DNA from: a virus
Virus record (IMG/VR): IMGVR_UViG_3300010885_044958
Coordinates: 70,237-134,236 of that record
Reading direction: 5' to 3' (one strand)
DNA: 64,000 nt
The position numbers were made by a program, and so were the translations under genes. Under the pieces are notes generated by a model. It did not search any database and was not told where the DNA came from. It was given only the letters and a program-made list of their open reading frames with translations. Shown here one piece after another: positions 49,157-58,800 of this stretch. Every line of letters begins with the position of its first letter. Positions within the stretch are counted from its first letter, which is position 1.

Positions 49157-50338
49157 ATGCCAACAATAATTCCAGTTTGGGTTCCAAATACGAAAATAGA
49201 TTTACCTAGTAATCTAATTTATACAGATTCTAACGGTAATCCGGTATATACATTATATCCATATGATTATTTAGTTTTGGTTGGGCAAAAAACAAATACA
49301 TTAATTACGCAATATACTGCACTTAATTCAGAAGTAGCTTTTATAAATAGTGAAATTAATACATTATTTATTTTAACATCTGGGATTACTACACCTTATA
49401 CAACTCCAACAATAGCCCCACAATGTGTAGGAAATGGTTGTAGTGGATGTACAGCACAGCCAATTGATATAGTTTTAACAGAACTTTTAAATTCTTATTG
49501 CGCCTTATATTCAATTTTAGGTGGTACTGGTTCACTTGCAAACTCCATAACAAAAGAATGTGTCAATCTAAATAGTTCTCCTTCTTTTGCAACTCCCGGA
49601 ACCTCTATGTCTGCTATTACGGGCTGGATTTCAAATCCAACAACTATTGCAGATACAATAACAGATATATGGTTAACTATTTGCGATGCTCGCGCAGGAA
49701 TAACAAACGCATTAGCAGCAATAACACCAACATGTTCTCAAGTAATAATTAATTTTGCAGCAAATGTTGTGAGTTATTCTGCAGGTATTAATGTTTATTT
49801 TGACGGGTATACTTTTATTCCTACAGGTTTTACTGATGGGAAGTCTATAATTAAAGTAACTGATAGTGCAGGTAATATATATCAGACTTCAATAAATGTA
49901 GTAACGCAATCAACAAGTACTTCTCCATTTAATATTCCTCTAACTGGAACAACTTTAATTCCAACTTCAGCTTATACTATTACTCTCACTTCAATAGTGA
50001 CAAATAGTACACTTGGTCTTACGTGTAACAAAACAACTTTACAGTCTGTAACAAATAGCATTTCTTATTGCCCAGTTGTAAATGCAGTTGCGTCAGGACA
50101 AACAGCAATAGGGTTTACATTAATACCTTATATTACTTCTAATGTAACTTATCGTGTAGATCTATATTACGCCACAGGTGGAACAAGTCAAGCAAATACA
50201 TCGTTTGTCAACCCTTCAGGCGCACAAACATATACATTCTCAGGATTAAGCGCAAATACAGCATACAATATAGTTGTAACAACTACAGTATCTGGTGTAG
50301 CACCATATGTATGTGCAGCAATTGCAATAACTAGCTAA
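49157..50338 (+). CDS. Thr/Ser-rich structural protein with C-terminal FN3-like domain
   Basis: 'YTFSGLSANTAYNIVV' FN3 signature. Confidence 0.7.
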   Translation: MPTIIPVWVPNTKIDLPSNLIYTDSNGNPVYTLYPYDYLVLVGQKTNTLITQYTALNSEVAFINSEINTLFILTSGITTPYTTPTIAPQCVGNGCSGCTAQPIDIVLTELLNSYCALYSILGGTGSLANSITKECVNLNSSPSFATPGTSMSAITGWISNPTTIADTITDIWLTICDARAGITNALAAITPTCSQVIINFAANVVSYSAGINVYFDGYTFIPTGFTDGKSIIKVTDSAGNIYQTSINVVTQSTSTSPFNIPLTGTTLIPTSAYTITLTSIVTNSTLGLTCNKTTLQSVTNSISYCPVVNAVASGQTAIGFTLIPYITSNVTYRVDLYYATGGTSQANTSFVNPSGAQTYTFSGLSANTAYNIVVTTTVSGVAPYVCAAIAITS

Positions 50339-50349
50339 ATAAATAAATA

Positions 50350-51795
50350 ATGTCTTGTAGTAGATGCCATCAAAATAATTGTTCTTGCCCCAATGTAAAT
50401 TGTGGATGTCCTCCTAATTATGCGTTTGATCCGGCAACTAATACTTGTCAAGGAACTACTTGTGAGGCAACATTACCAACAGCTTGTATATTTTCTACTA
50501 CTTATTTAGATTGTGTTAAGCTTGCAGTAAATACTGATCTGCAAACAGTTCTTAGCGCAATGGATGCAAAGATATGTGAGTGTGGATCATGTTCAGGTGG
50601 GACGCAACCATTGCCTTTATTTTATGTAGATTCTAACAATACAGAAACTGGCGATGGCTCTGTAGGAAATCCTTATAAAACAATAGATTTAGTTTGTACA
50701 GCAGTAGTTGGAACTGGTACAACTGCCTCACCAGAATTTACAAACGCAACAGTTTATGTAATGGGAGGTACTTATAGTACAGCTCAAAACATATATATAC
50801 CAAGTACTAACTGGACATTCTTTAATGGTGCAAATGTTACATTTACTGGGCAGGGAACTTATTTTATAGATAATGCAGCAATTGCAGACGGTGCTGCAGA
50901 TTTTAAAGTTTCTGGTTGGATTAATTTTAAAACTAGTACAGGAGGATTTCTTAGAAATAGTGCAGGTTATACATCTAATTCCATAAATAAAGCAATTACA
51001 ATAGAGGCTTTTAAAATAATTGGAAATACAACTGGCACAGCACAACCATTAATAAAACAAGCCACTAGTAATACTGGTACTGGAACAGGTAGAAATTCTA
51101 CTATAATTAAAATGCAAGGTCCGGCATCAGTAATCGCATCTGCATCTCAGCATTGTATTGGTTATACAGGATCAACATTTATACTTAATTTGGATGGTGG
51201 TTCGATATATTATGGTGTAGATTTAATTGGGAGTATTCCTGGTAGTTCTTCTGGAAATATTCTCAATTATAATTGTAATGATACTCTTAATCCTGGCGCA
51301 GCATATGTAGTAATACAAAATGGTTTGGTAGGAGCTAGTTATGCTACTGATATGTTTTATGTTGCTGGAAAATATAACACTTTAAGATTAGATAATCTTG
51401 AAACAGTTAATGTATCAAATAGTAACCAACCTATTACATTTTTAAATATAGCTACAACAAACGCAAATCTCGCATCTGGTGCAATAATTTATGAGTTTTT
51501 ATTAAAGGATGTATATATCATTCCTTCATGTTTTAATAGTGTCGGGGGTGTAGTTATTGTATATACTGCGGGTGGAAATTCATTTAACTACTTAGAGATG
51601 CAAAATTGTGTTTTATACACTGGAGCAACAATTCAATTTGCAACTATTATATTAGGTGGATCTGTAAATAGCGGGCTAGTAGCTGGATATAATGTAATTA
51701 ACGGTAGAACAAATATATATAATTTACCAACTTCTGCTGCTGGATTAGCAACAGGAACTCTTTGGAAAAATGGTGCAGTAATAAATATTGTTTAA
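50350..51795 (+). CDS. tailspike-like protein (Cys-rich N-terminus, beta-helix-like body)
   Basis: 'FYVD.....GDGS..NPYKTI' beta-helix entry motif; C-terminal 'LPTSA.GL..G.LW.NG'. Confidence 0.65.
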   Translation: MSCSRCHQNNCSCPNVNCGCPPNYAFDPATNTCQGTTCEATLPTACIFSTTYLDCVKLAVNTDLQTVLSAMDAKICECGSCSGGTQPLPLFYVDSNNTETGDGSVGNPYKTIDLVCTAVVGTGTTASPEFTNATVYVMGGTYSTAQNIYIPSTNWTFFNGANVTFTGQGTYFIDNAAIADGAADFKVSGWINFKTSTGGFLRNSAGYTSNSINKAITIEAFKIIGNTTGTAQPLIKQATSNTGTGTGRNSTIIKMQGPASVIASASQHCIGYTGSTFILNLDGGSIYYGVDLIGSIPGSSSGNILNYNCNDTLNPGAAYVVIQNGLVGASYATDMFYVAGKYNTLRLDNLETVNVSNSNQPITFLNIATTNANLASGAIIYEFLLKDVYIIPSCFNSVGGVVIVYTAGGNSFNYLEMQNCVLYTGATIQFATIILGGSVNSGLVAGYNVINGRTNIYNLPTSAAGLATGTLWKNGAVINIV

Positions 51796-51801
51796 TATAA
51801 A

Positions 51802-51862
51802 ATTTGAGGTTTATTGGTTTATCCTCTAATAGCCTGCTTATTCCTAGGCGGGCTTTACTTTT
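51802..51862 (+). ncRNA. candidate sRNA B (loop UUUAUUGGUUUAU) plus intrinsic terminator
   Basis: GAGG/CCTC stem around TTTATTGGTTTAT, then AGCCTGCTTA-TTCC-TAGGCGGGCT plus Ts. Confidence 0.55.
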
Positions 51863-51871
51863 TAAACTAAA

Positions 51872-51903
51872 TTTGGGTAAGAACTAGAAATAGATTACCT
51901 TTG
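51872..51903 (+). promoter_or_regulatory. promoter TTTG-N20-TACCTTTG
   Basis: canonical Bacteroidota -33/-7 boxes. Confidence 0.75.
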
Positions 51904-51923
51904 TGTTAACTAAAACTTTAAAA

Positions 51924-53180
51924 ATGAGTACAATTTTTGAAAATGTGTTGCGTGCTATGTCCCACAAAAAAAGTGACGCTGCAACCGCTGAAAAGTTAGG
52001 AATGTCACTTAGGGAGTATCAGTCTGTTAAAAATGAAATTAGACAGATGCAAAAAGAAGAAGATGAAAATGAATCTCTTGTAGATTTAACAAAAGAAATG
52101 TTTACAACAGGTTACACAGAAGATTTAGAAAAAGGTCGTGCAGAATACAAAATACAAACATCCTTTGAACCAAGAACTGCAGAAGAAATAGAGTCTCTAA
52201 TTAAATTAGATAAAACCAAATGGAAACTTGCTAGATATTCAGTTTGGAATGGTGGTAGGGAAGATGTATGGTTAACTAGTGCTAAAGTAGTTGCGATTGC
52301 AGATGAATCAAATCCAACACAGCAATTTGAGGAATTTTTAAAGACCTATAATTCAAGTTACAAACCTTTAAATTTTACAGTTAACCGTACTGATGAAGGT
52401 GGAGATGACAATAGAAATTGTGCCCTAATCCCAATGCCTGATTTTCATTTGGATAAATTAACAGTAACTGGTACTCCAATTAAAGAACATATAGAAAATT
52501 ATAATAGAATTTTAGATGCATTAATATGGCGAGCATCAAAGTCGTTTAATTTAGATGAAATTATATTTTTAGTGGGTAATGATTTTTTCCATACAGATTC
52601 TATACATAATACTACCACTAAAGGAACTCCACTATTTGTTAGTACTGAATGGGATAACGCTTATGAATTAGGATTTGATTTAATGGTAAATAGTATTATG
52701 AAACTGAAGAAGTTTTGTAATAAACTAAACATTATTTTAATACCTGGTAATCACAGTGTTACAAAAGAATTCTATTTAGCTCACGCATTGGAAGTATATT
52801 TTAAACCTGATAAAAATATAGTATTTAATCGTACTAAAGATGATCAAAAAATATACAAATATGGTGAAACATTACTTTGTTTTTCTCACGGAAACAACGT
52901 AAATGATAAATTACCTTTAGTATTTGCAACCCAATTTTATAAAGAATGGGGTACTTGTAGGTATCATGAGATAATTTTAGGGGATAAACATTATAATAGT
53001 GAGAAATTATTTAGATCTCAAAATGAAGCTAATGGTGTTAGAATGCGGATAATTCCATCATTATCTGGTACAGATCAGTGGCATAAAGACAATTTATTTG
53101 TTGGTGCAATTCAGGCAGGAATTTGTCTTATCTATAATGAAAAATATGGTAAGTGCGCCGAAATAGAAGAAAGGCTATAA
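51924..53180 (+). CDS. calcineurin-like metallophosphoesterase with N-terminal HTH-like region
   Basis: PDFH, GNDFFH, PGNH, FSHG, GDKH motifs; start probably MSTIFEN. Confidence 0.88.
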   Translation: MSTIFENVLRAMSHKKSDAATAEKLGMSLREYQSVKNEIRQMQKEEDENESLVDLTKEMFTTGYTEDLEKGRAEYKIQTSFEPRTAEEIESLIKLDKTKWKLARYSVWNGGREDVWLTSAKVVAIADESNPTQQFEEFLKTYNSSYKPLNFTVNRTDEGGDDNRNCALIPMPDFHLDKLTVTGTPIKEHIENYNRILDALIWRASKSFNLDEIIFLVGNDFFHTDSIHNTTTKGTPLFVSTEWDNAYELGFDLMVNSIMKLKKFCNKLNIILIPGNHSVTKEFYLAHALEVYFKPDKNIVFNRTKDDQKIYKYGETLLCFSHGNNVNDKLPLVFATQFYKEWGTCRYHEIILGDKHYNSEKLFRSQNEANGVRMRIIPSLSGTDQWHKDNLFVGAIQAGICLIYNEKYGKCAEIEERL

Positions 53181-53202
53181 TAGTTAAACTTTTTAGGTTT
53201 AA

Positions 53203-53234
53203 TTTGTAAATCCCCTAAGTTTTTCGTATATTTT
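53203..53234 (+). promoter_or_regulatory. promoter TTTG-N20-TATATTTT (leaderless)
   Basis: ATG lies 12 nt from the box start. Confidence 0.7.
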
Positions 53235-53238
53235 ATAT

Positions 53239-53814
53239 ATGCGATCTACGTACAAAAAACCAAATGTAAAAGGACCACGTTTTAGAAATAAAGTAAAAAG
53301 AGCGTTAGATCAGGACTTTTTTGTTAAATTAACAAAGATGTATCCTGATTTAACTATTTCTAGACAAGATGTTAGAAAAATTCTTAATACATTCCATGCA
53401 ATTTGCATTAAAGAAATTGCAGAAACCAGAGATGGAATAGAACTATTAGAACAACTCGGCAATATAATAGTAGGTAAATTTAAGACTCAAGAAACCTGGA
53501 AAGGTAATGTTCCTAAATCCATACAATACGAAACTAAGATAGATTACTTAAACTGGGAACAAAATGAATGGATTTGCAAAATATTCTATTCTAATTTTGC
53601 TTCTAAATACAGATTCAGAAATGCAGCACTTTGGGCATTTGAACCTGTAAAATCTATGAAAAAAGTAGTCTCCAAAGCCTTTACTAAAGACCCCTATAAA
53701 TATGTTTTTGCAGATCACTACAACAGAATAAATAAAGTATTCAGACTTGCAAAGAAGGCATTAAACGAAAAATTAAAAGCACAACAAAACGATGAGCCAA
53801 CTCCTTTACAGTGA
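53239..53814 (+). CDS. IHF-like protein (crAss tail-module type)
   Basis: 'VRKIL..F......I...RDGIEL.E.LG.I.V.K'; synteny. Confidence 0.65.
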   Translation: MRSTYKKPNVKGPRFRNKVKRALDQDFFVKLTKMYPDLTISRQDVRKILNTFHAICIKEIAETRDGIELLEQLGNIIVGKFKTQETWKGNVPKSIQYETKIDYLNWEQNEWICKIFYSNFASKYRFRNAALWAFEPVKSMKKVVSKAFTKDPYKYVFADHYNRINKVFRLAKKALNEKLKAQQNDEPTPLQ

Positions 53815-54472
53815 TGCAATCGCTAGAGTTAGATTTAAATTACGCGCTGTTAAACAAGATGCATTCCTCACAGACAGGGATATTTGGAGTTTATATAAAC
53901 CTTGGCTTTCGCAGGTTATGAAGGAGCTTGATGCAAAGAATCGTTTAATGGCATTTAACTCTTTATTTCAGACTTTAGACATCATTCCCTTAGTAGAGGT
54001 TGATAGAATAGAAGCTGGCTGTAGTGGACTTAAAACAGGGTTTACATTCATGCGTACAAAAGATCCAGTAGGTGCATTATTTATGGAAGCTTATTGGGGG
54101 GATATGATTAGATCTGTTACATCTGTAGATGGGTCAGAGGAGATGCAACCAATCACTCCTTCTGGATATTTAAATATTTCTAAATCAACTTCTTTTAGAT
54201 TTAATAAAACTAAGTATTACTGGCGTTTAAATGATTTTTACTATTTTCCAAATATTACTTGGGGTGCAGTAAAAATGGAAGTAATACCAGAAGGTGATAT
54301 TTCTAAATATAAATGCAATTCTGATGAGTCATGTTTGCCAATGCAAGAATTATCTTTGAATATTCCTGATTATATAATGGCTAGAGTGGAATCGCTTTTA
54401 TTCCAGAGTTTAGGTCTAAGTCTCCAAATTAACCCAGATTTAGAAAATGACAATAAAACAAATTTAATTTAA
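53792..54472 (+). CDS. tail ring protein (putative)
   Basis: 'D..LTDR.I', C-terminal 'D..ND.K'; synteny. Confidence 0.6.
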   Translation: MSQLLYSDAIARVRFKLRAVKQDAFLTDRDIWSLYKPWLSQVMKELDAKNRLMAFNSLFQTLDIIPLVEVDRIEAGCSGLKTGFTFMRTKDPVGALFMEAYWGDMIRSVTSVDGSEEMQPITPSGYLNISKSTSFRFNKTKYYWRLNDFYYFPNITWGAVKMEVIPEGDISKYKCNSDESCLPMQELSLNIPDYIMARVESLLFQSLGLSLQINPDLENDNKTNLI

Positions 54473-54473
54473 C

Positions 54474-55496
54474 ATGGGTAATACAGCAATACAAACACGC
54501 ACATTTGACCAACTTATGGCGGATGTAGTTGTAGATTATAGAAATCTTGACGAAGAAGGTCTTATAGAGCCAGCACAATTGCTTAAAGTAGCCCAGCGTG
54601 TTAATTACGATCTTGGTTTAAGAATAAATCAAACTAAAGAAATTATTCTAGATGTTTGTAATAATATTGCAAAACTACCAGAAGATTTTTATGTTTTGAA
54701 TTTTGCATTGATGACTGGAAAATCTAAATGCATTACTCCAGTTACTTGGGCAGGTAGAACTACTGAAAATATTTCGGAGCCTTGCACATCTGACCCAACT
54801 AATAACTCAGTCCCATGTTCAGTACCACTTACTTATGAAACTAACCAGTTAAACCCTTATCAGACTTATAATAATGGATGTGGACTTTTAGGCACTGAAC
54901 CAAATCCACCTAATACATGTACCCCAGAACAAGATCCTTGGTTTCAAAGAAGTTGTTATGCAATGTGTGGTGATGGGCAGAATACAGTCAAAGTAATCGA
55001 ACATAAGAACCATCAAGTATACGAATATACTTATTTTGAAAAACTCTATATAAAACCCCAGGCATATCTAGATCCAGGTTCAATGAATTCTAAATATGTT
55101 GGTTGCCATTCTGTTGAAATAAAAAATGGTTATTTATATTGTTCTTACCCACATGGTAAAATCTATATTTCTTATCAAGGTGCATTAGAAGATGAACAAG
55201 GTAATTTACTTGTTTTGTCACATCCTGAAATAGACTTCTACTATATTGCCGCAATACAAGAATATATTTTCAAGATTATGTTTTACAGTATGGGAGAGCA
55301 GGTTGAAGGCAAGTATCAAATGGCAAAACAAGAAACTAAAGAAGCAAGAGTCCGTGCATTAAGTATTGTAAACTGCCCCAATTTTGAAGAAATGAAACGA
55401 ATGTGGTCCCTTAACCGTATCGCACAATACAAAAAATATTATGAAACTTTTGAAACGGGGGCATTTCATCAGTACTTCAGATCACTTCCTTTTTAA
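54474..55496 (+). CDS. tail tubular/ring protein (P22 gp4-like position), with Cys-rich insertion
   Basis: 'A.LP.DFY', 'G.IY.SY.G..ED..G..LV', 'A...A......P...EM'. Confidence 0.6.
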   Translation: MGNTAIQTRTFDQLMADVVVDYRNLDEEGLIEPAQLLKVAQRVNYDLGLRINQTKEIILDVCNNIAKLPEDFYVLNFALMTGKSKCITPVTWAGRTTENISEPCTSDPTNNSVPCSVPLTYETNQLNPYQTYNNGCGLLGTEPNPPNTCTPEQDPWFQRSCYAMCGDGQNTVKVIEHKNHQVYEYTYFEKLYIKPQAYLDPGSMNSKYVGCHSVEIKNGYLYCSYPHGKIYISYQGALEDEQGNLLVLSHPEIDFYYIAAIQEYIFKIMFYSMGEQVEGKYQMAKQETKEARVRALSIVNCPNFEEMKRMWSLNRIAQYKKYYETFETGAFHQYFRSLPF

Positions 55497-55514
55497 TCTT
55501 TTAAATTTAAACCA

Positions 55515-55874
55515 ATGTATCTATCTACAACAATACCAATTAAGATATATGATACAAAGGTGCAATTTATCATAACAAAAGATATTACTAAGATTTTCAA
55601 TAGAATTAATTGTTATCATAAAACAGGAGTTTCTTGGAAGAAAAATGAGTCTGCCGCAGGTTGTACAATTTTATGTAGTATGGCAAAATACTATATATTA
55701 ATTAATCAAGATTATCTTTCGTATAATACGATTTGTCATGAGATATATCATTGCACACATAATCTTGCAATAGATCGCGGAATACATGAAGAAGAATCAC
55801 AAGCATGGATTCAAGGAATTATTGCCCAAGAAATTTTTAATTTTCTACGTAAAAAAAATTTAGAAATTGCCTAA
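55515..55874 (+). CDS. minimal zincin-like metalloprotease (HExxH)
   Basis: TICHEIYH...HEEESQAW. Confidence 0.7.
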   Translation: MYLSTTIPIKIYDTKVQFIITKDITKIFNRINCYHKTGVSWKKNESAAGCTILCSMAKYYILINQDYLSYNTICHEIYHCTHNLAIDRGIHEEESQAWIQGIIAQEIFNFLRKKNLEIA

Positions 55875-58800
55875 TCCAGAAACACATAACCAATTTACTA
55901 AAGGTTTAAATAAAGATTTAATAAATTATTTGATGTCACCCCAGTCGTGGTCATCAGCTAAAAATGTTATTAATTCTACTCAATCTGGTGATTTACTCTC
56001 TCTGTCTACAGAGTCAGCTAACGAACTATGTGTACAATTTCCATATCCTTTAATAGGGGCAATATCGTTAGATGGTGGTGTATGGATGGTTTTCCTAACA
56101 GACAATACTTCTCCAGATCCAACAGTTTCTGCAAACTCTGAAATAGGTATTGTAGATACTGATAATTGCACCTACACAAAATTTTCTAATTCATCTTGTC
56201 TTAATTTTAGCCAAACTAATCTTATAACAGGTGCGTCTCGTAGAAATTTTGATTGTGGGTTTAATGTTTATTGGTCAGATGGCAAACGCAATCCAGATAG
56301 ATATGTAGATACAGATACAACAAATCCTAATAACTTAATTTGGGTTCAAAACTGCACTACAACTGGCACACCACCAAATACTTGTACTACTTGTGTAAAT
56401 ACAGATATACTTAATTGTGATAATATAAGAATTGCGCCTTTAGTAACCATTCCTTGTGTTAGTCTTAGTAAATCTTTTGGTGCAGGCAATCTTGAAAATG
56501 GTATGTATCAGATTGCTGTAGCTTATGTTGTTAATGACATCAAAGTAACTGATTATCTAATAGTTTCTAATAGTCTTGCAGTTTGGTCACATAATAATGT
56601 GGCAGGCGCAATAACAGCAACAATAACTAATGCGGATAACATACATTTTAAACAAATGTTAGTAACTGTAATTTCTTATAACAATTCGCAATTAGTTGCA
56701 AGAAAATTAGGAATTTATGATACAACACAACAATCTATTACAATAGATTCTATCAACCAAACTTTGCCGGTAGAACAACTTTCTAATATTCCTTTACAAA
56801 CACCTTTAATAGAAAAATCAGATTCTATTTGGTCTGTAAATAATTATTTACTTAGAAACGGTATAAGTGAAAGACCTGATATAAACTATCAACCACAAGC
56901 AAATCTAATAAATACTTCTTGGGTTTTAGTAGAATATCCTGAACAATACTATAAACAAACTGCTAATCTTTTAGGTGGTGCGTCTTTATTTTCTGGAACA
57001 AACTATTCTTTTCTAGGAGATGAGCAATACTGTCTATTTATAAGATGGGTTTATACTACGGGGGATAAAACGGCTTCCTACCATATTCCTGGTCGTGCGT
57101 TTTTGCCTGGGGATGCTGCGTGGGCAACTAGAAATACTGCTTTTATAACTTCTTTAGGTGGTCCATCAGTAGATGGTGGAACTTTAATAGCTCGTGGACA
57201 AATGGGTTATTGGGAATCAACTGAAAAATATCCTAGTAATCAGGCATCTGTTTGGGGAACTTTATGTGGTACTCCAATAAGACACCATAAATTCCCAGAT
57301 CAAACAGTTAGTCCAGCACTTAGTCATTTTAGATTTGATCCAGTTTCTGGTAGAGGATTTATACGAGCATATGGTATTCAATTAGATAATATAACACATC
57401 CTTTAGATAATACAGGTAATCCAATAACCGATATAGTAGGCTATGAAATCCTTAGAGGATCTCGTGAAGGAAATAAAAGTATTATTGCTAAGGGAATTAT
57501 TAATAATATGTGGGAGTATACCATACCTGGAACTGGTTCTGGTGGTGCTCCTGCAGAATATGGATTATTTCAAAATTTTCCTGCAAATGATCTTCGTATA
57601 AATACGTATCTTACATGGGATTCTGGTTTAGTTACAAATGGGGGAAATGATGGTTTGCCTGCCGGTAAAGAATTACAAATAAATACAACAGATCATGGTA
57701 GAATACATAAAGATATTTTTTCTTTCCACTCTCCAGATACTTCGTTTCAGCACCCATATTTAGGTTCTCCAACACTTAAAACTTATCAGGGACTATCGGG
57801 TAAACAAATTGGATATTTTACTGAACCTTATAAACACCCTTTATTTAAATTACCTAGTGATTTTGTAAGTATAATTACAGACATAATTGCTGTTGCACAA
57901 GGCATTGCTGATTTGGCAATACTTATTGGTGGTGACTATGATGCACAAATTACAGCTAGTGATGACATAAACTGGCAGTTTAATATGGGGTATCATCCTA
58001 ATTATACTACTGACTATACTGGTGCATTTGCAGATATACAACAGGGCATCGCGTATGCTGTAAATATAGCAATGTTCATAGTACTTGAACCATTTAAACT
58101 CGCTGCATTACAACAACAGTTATATCATATTATAAAGGGATTAATACCGGGAGTACAATATGCAAATCAATTCAACGGACACTCTTATTATAATCAATAC
58201 CACTGGATACAAAATGATGTCACAACAAGGCAGGTTGTAGATTATGAATATATAGAAGGAGGTGTACAGACATTTGGTAATCGTGAAGTAAATAATCTTT
58301 TTAGAAACAATTGTGTTACATTACAATTAGATAACATAATTCCAAATCCTGAAGATCTTCCTAGTTTTGGTGTTCGAGATATTTCAAGATATACTAGAAA
58401 TGCATCCCCCGCCAATTTAAGTCCTGAGAGTAAACCGTCTGCTACATCGTGTTACTATTCTGGATTAAAGGTTGCGTTCCCATCGCAATATGGTCAAATA
58501 GGTTCTGTAAATCAAATACCATTATCTGGCTGCTGGTATCCAACTATTCCTAATAATACTTTATATACTTCGCCGATTTTATTTGGTGGGGATACTTATA
58601 TTAATCGTTATACAGAAAAGAATCCGATGTTCTTTTTTAATGATTGGTTGGGGGCTGAAGGACAAATTGTTCCTGAAGACTATCCTTATAATTATAGAAA
58701 TTATATAAATGTACCTTATCCCGCTTATTGGGTTGATAATCAGCAAAATCCCATAGGTGTTCTAGGTGCAACCTTAGCACATAATTTTAGAAGACTTGAT

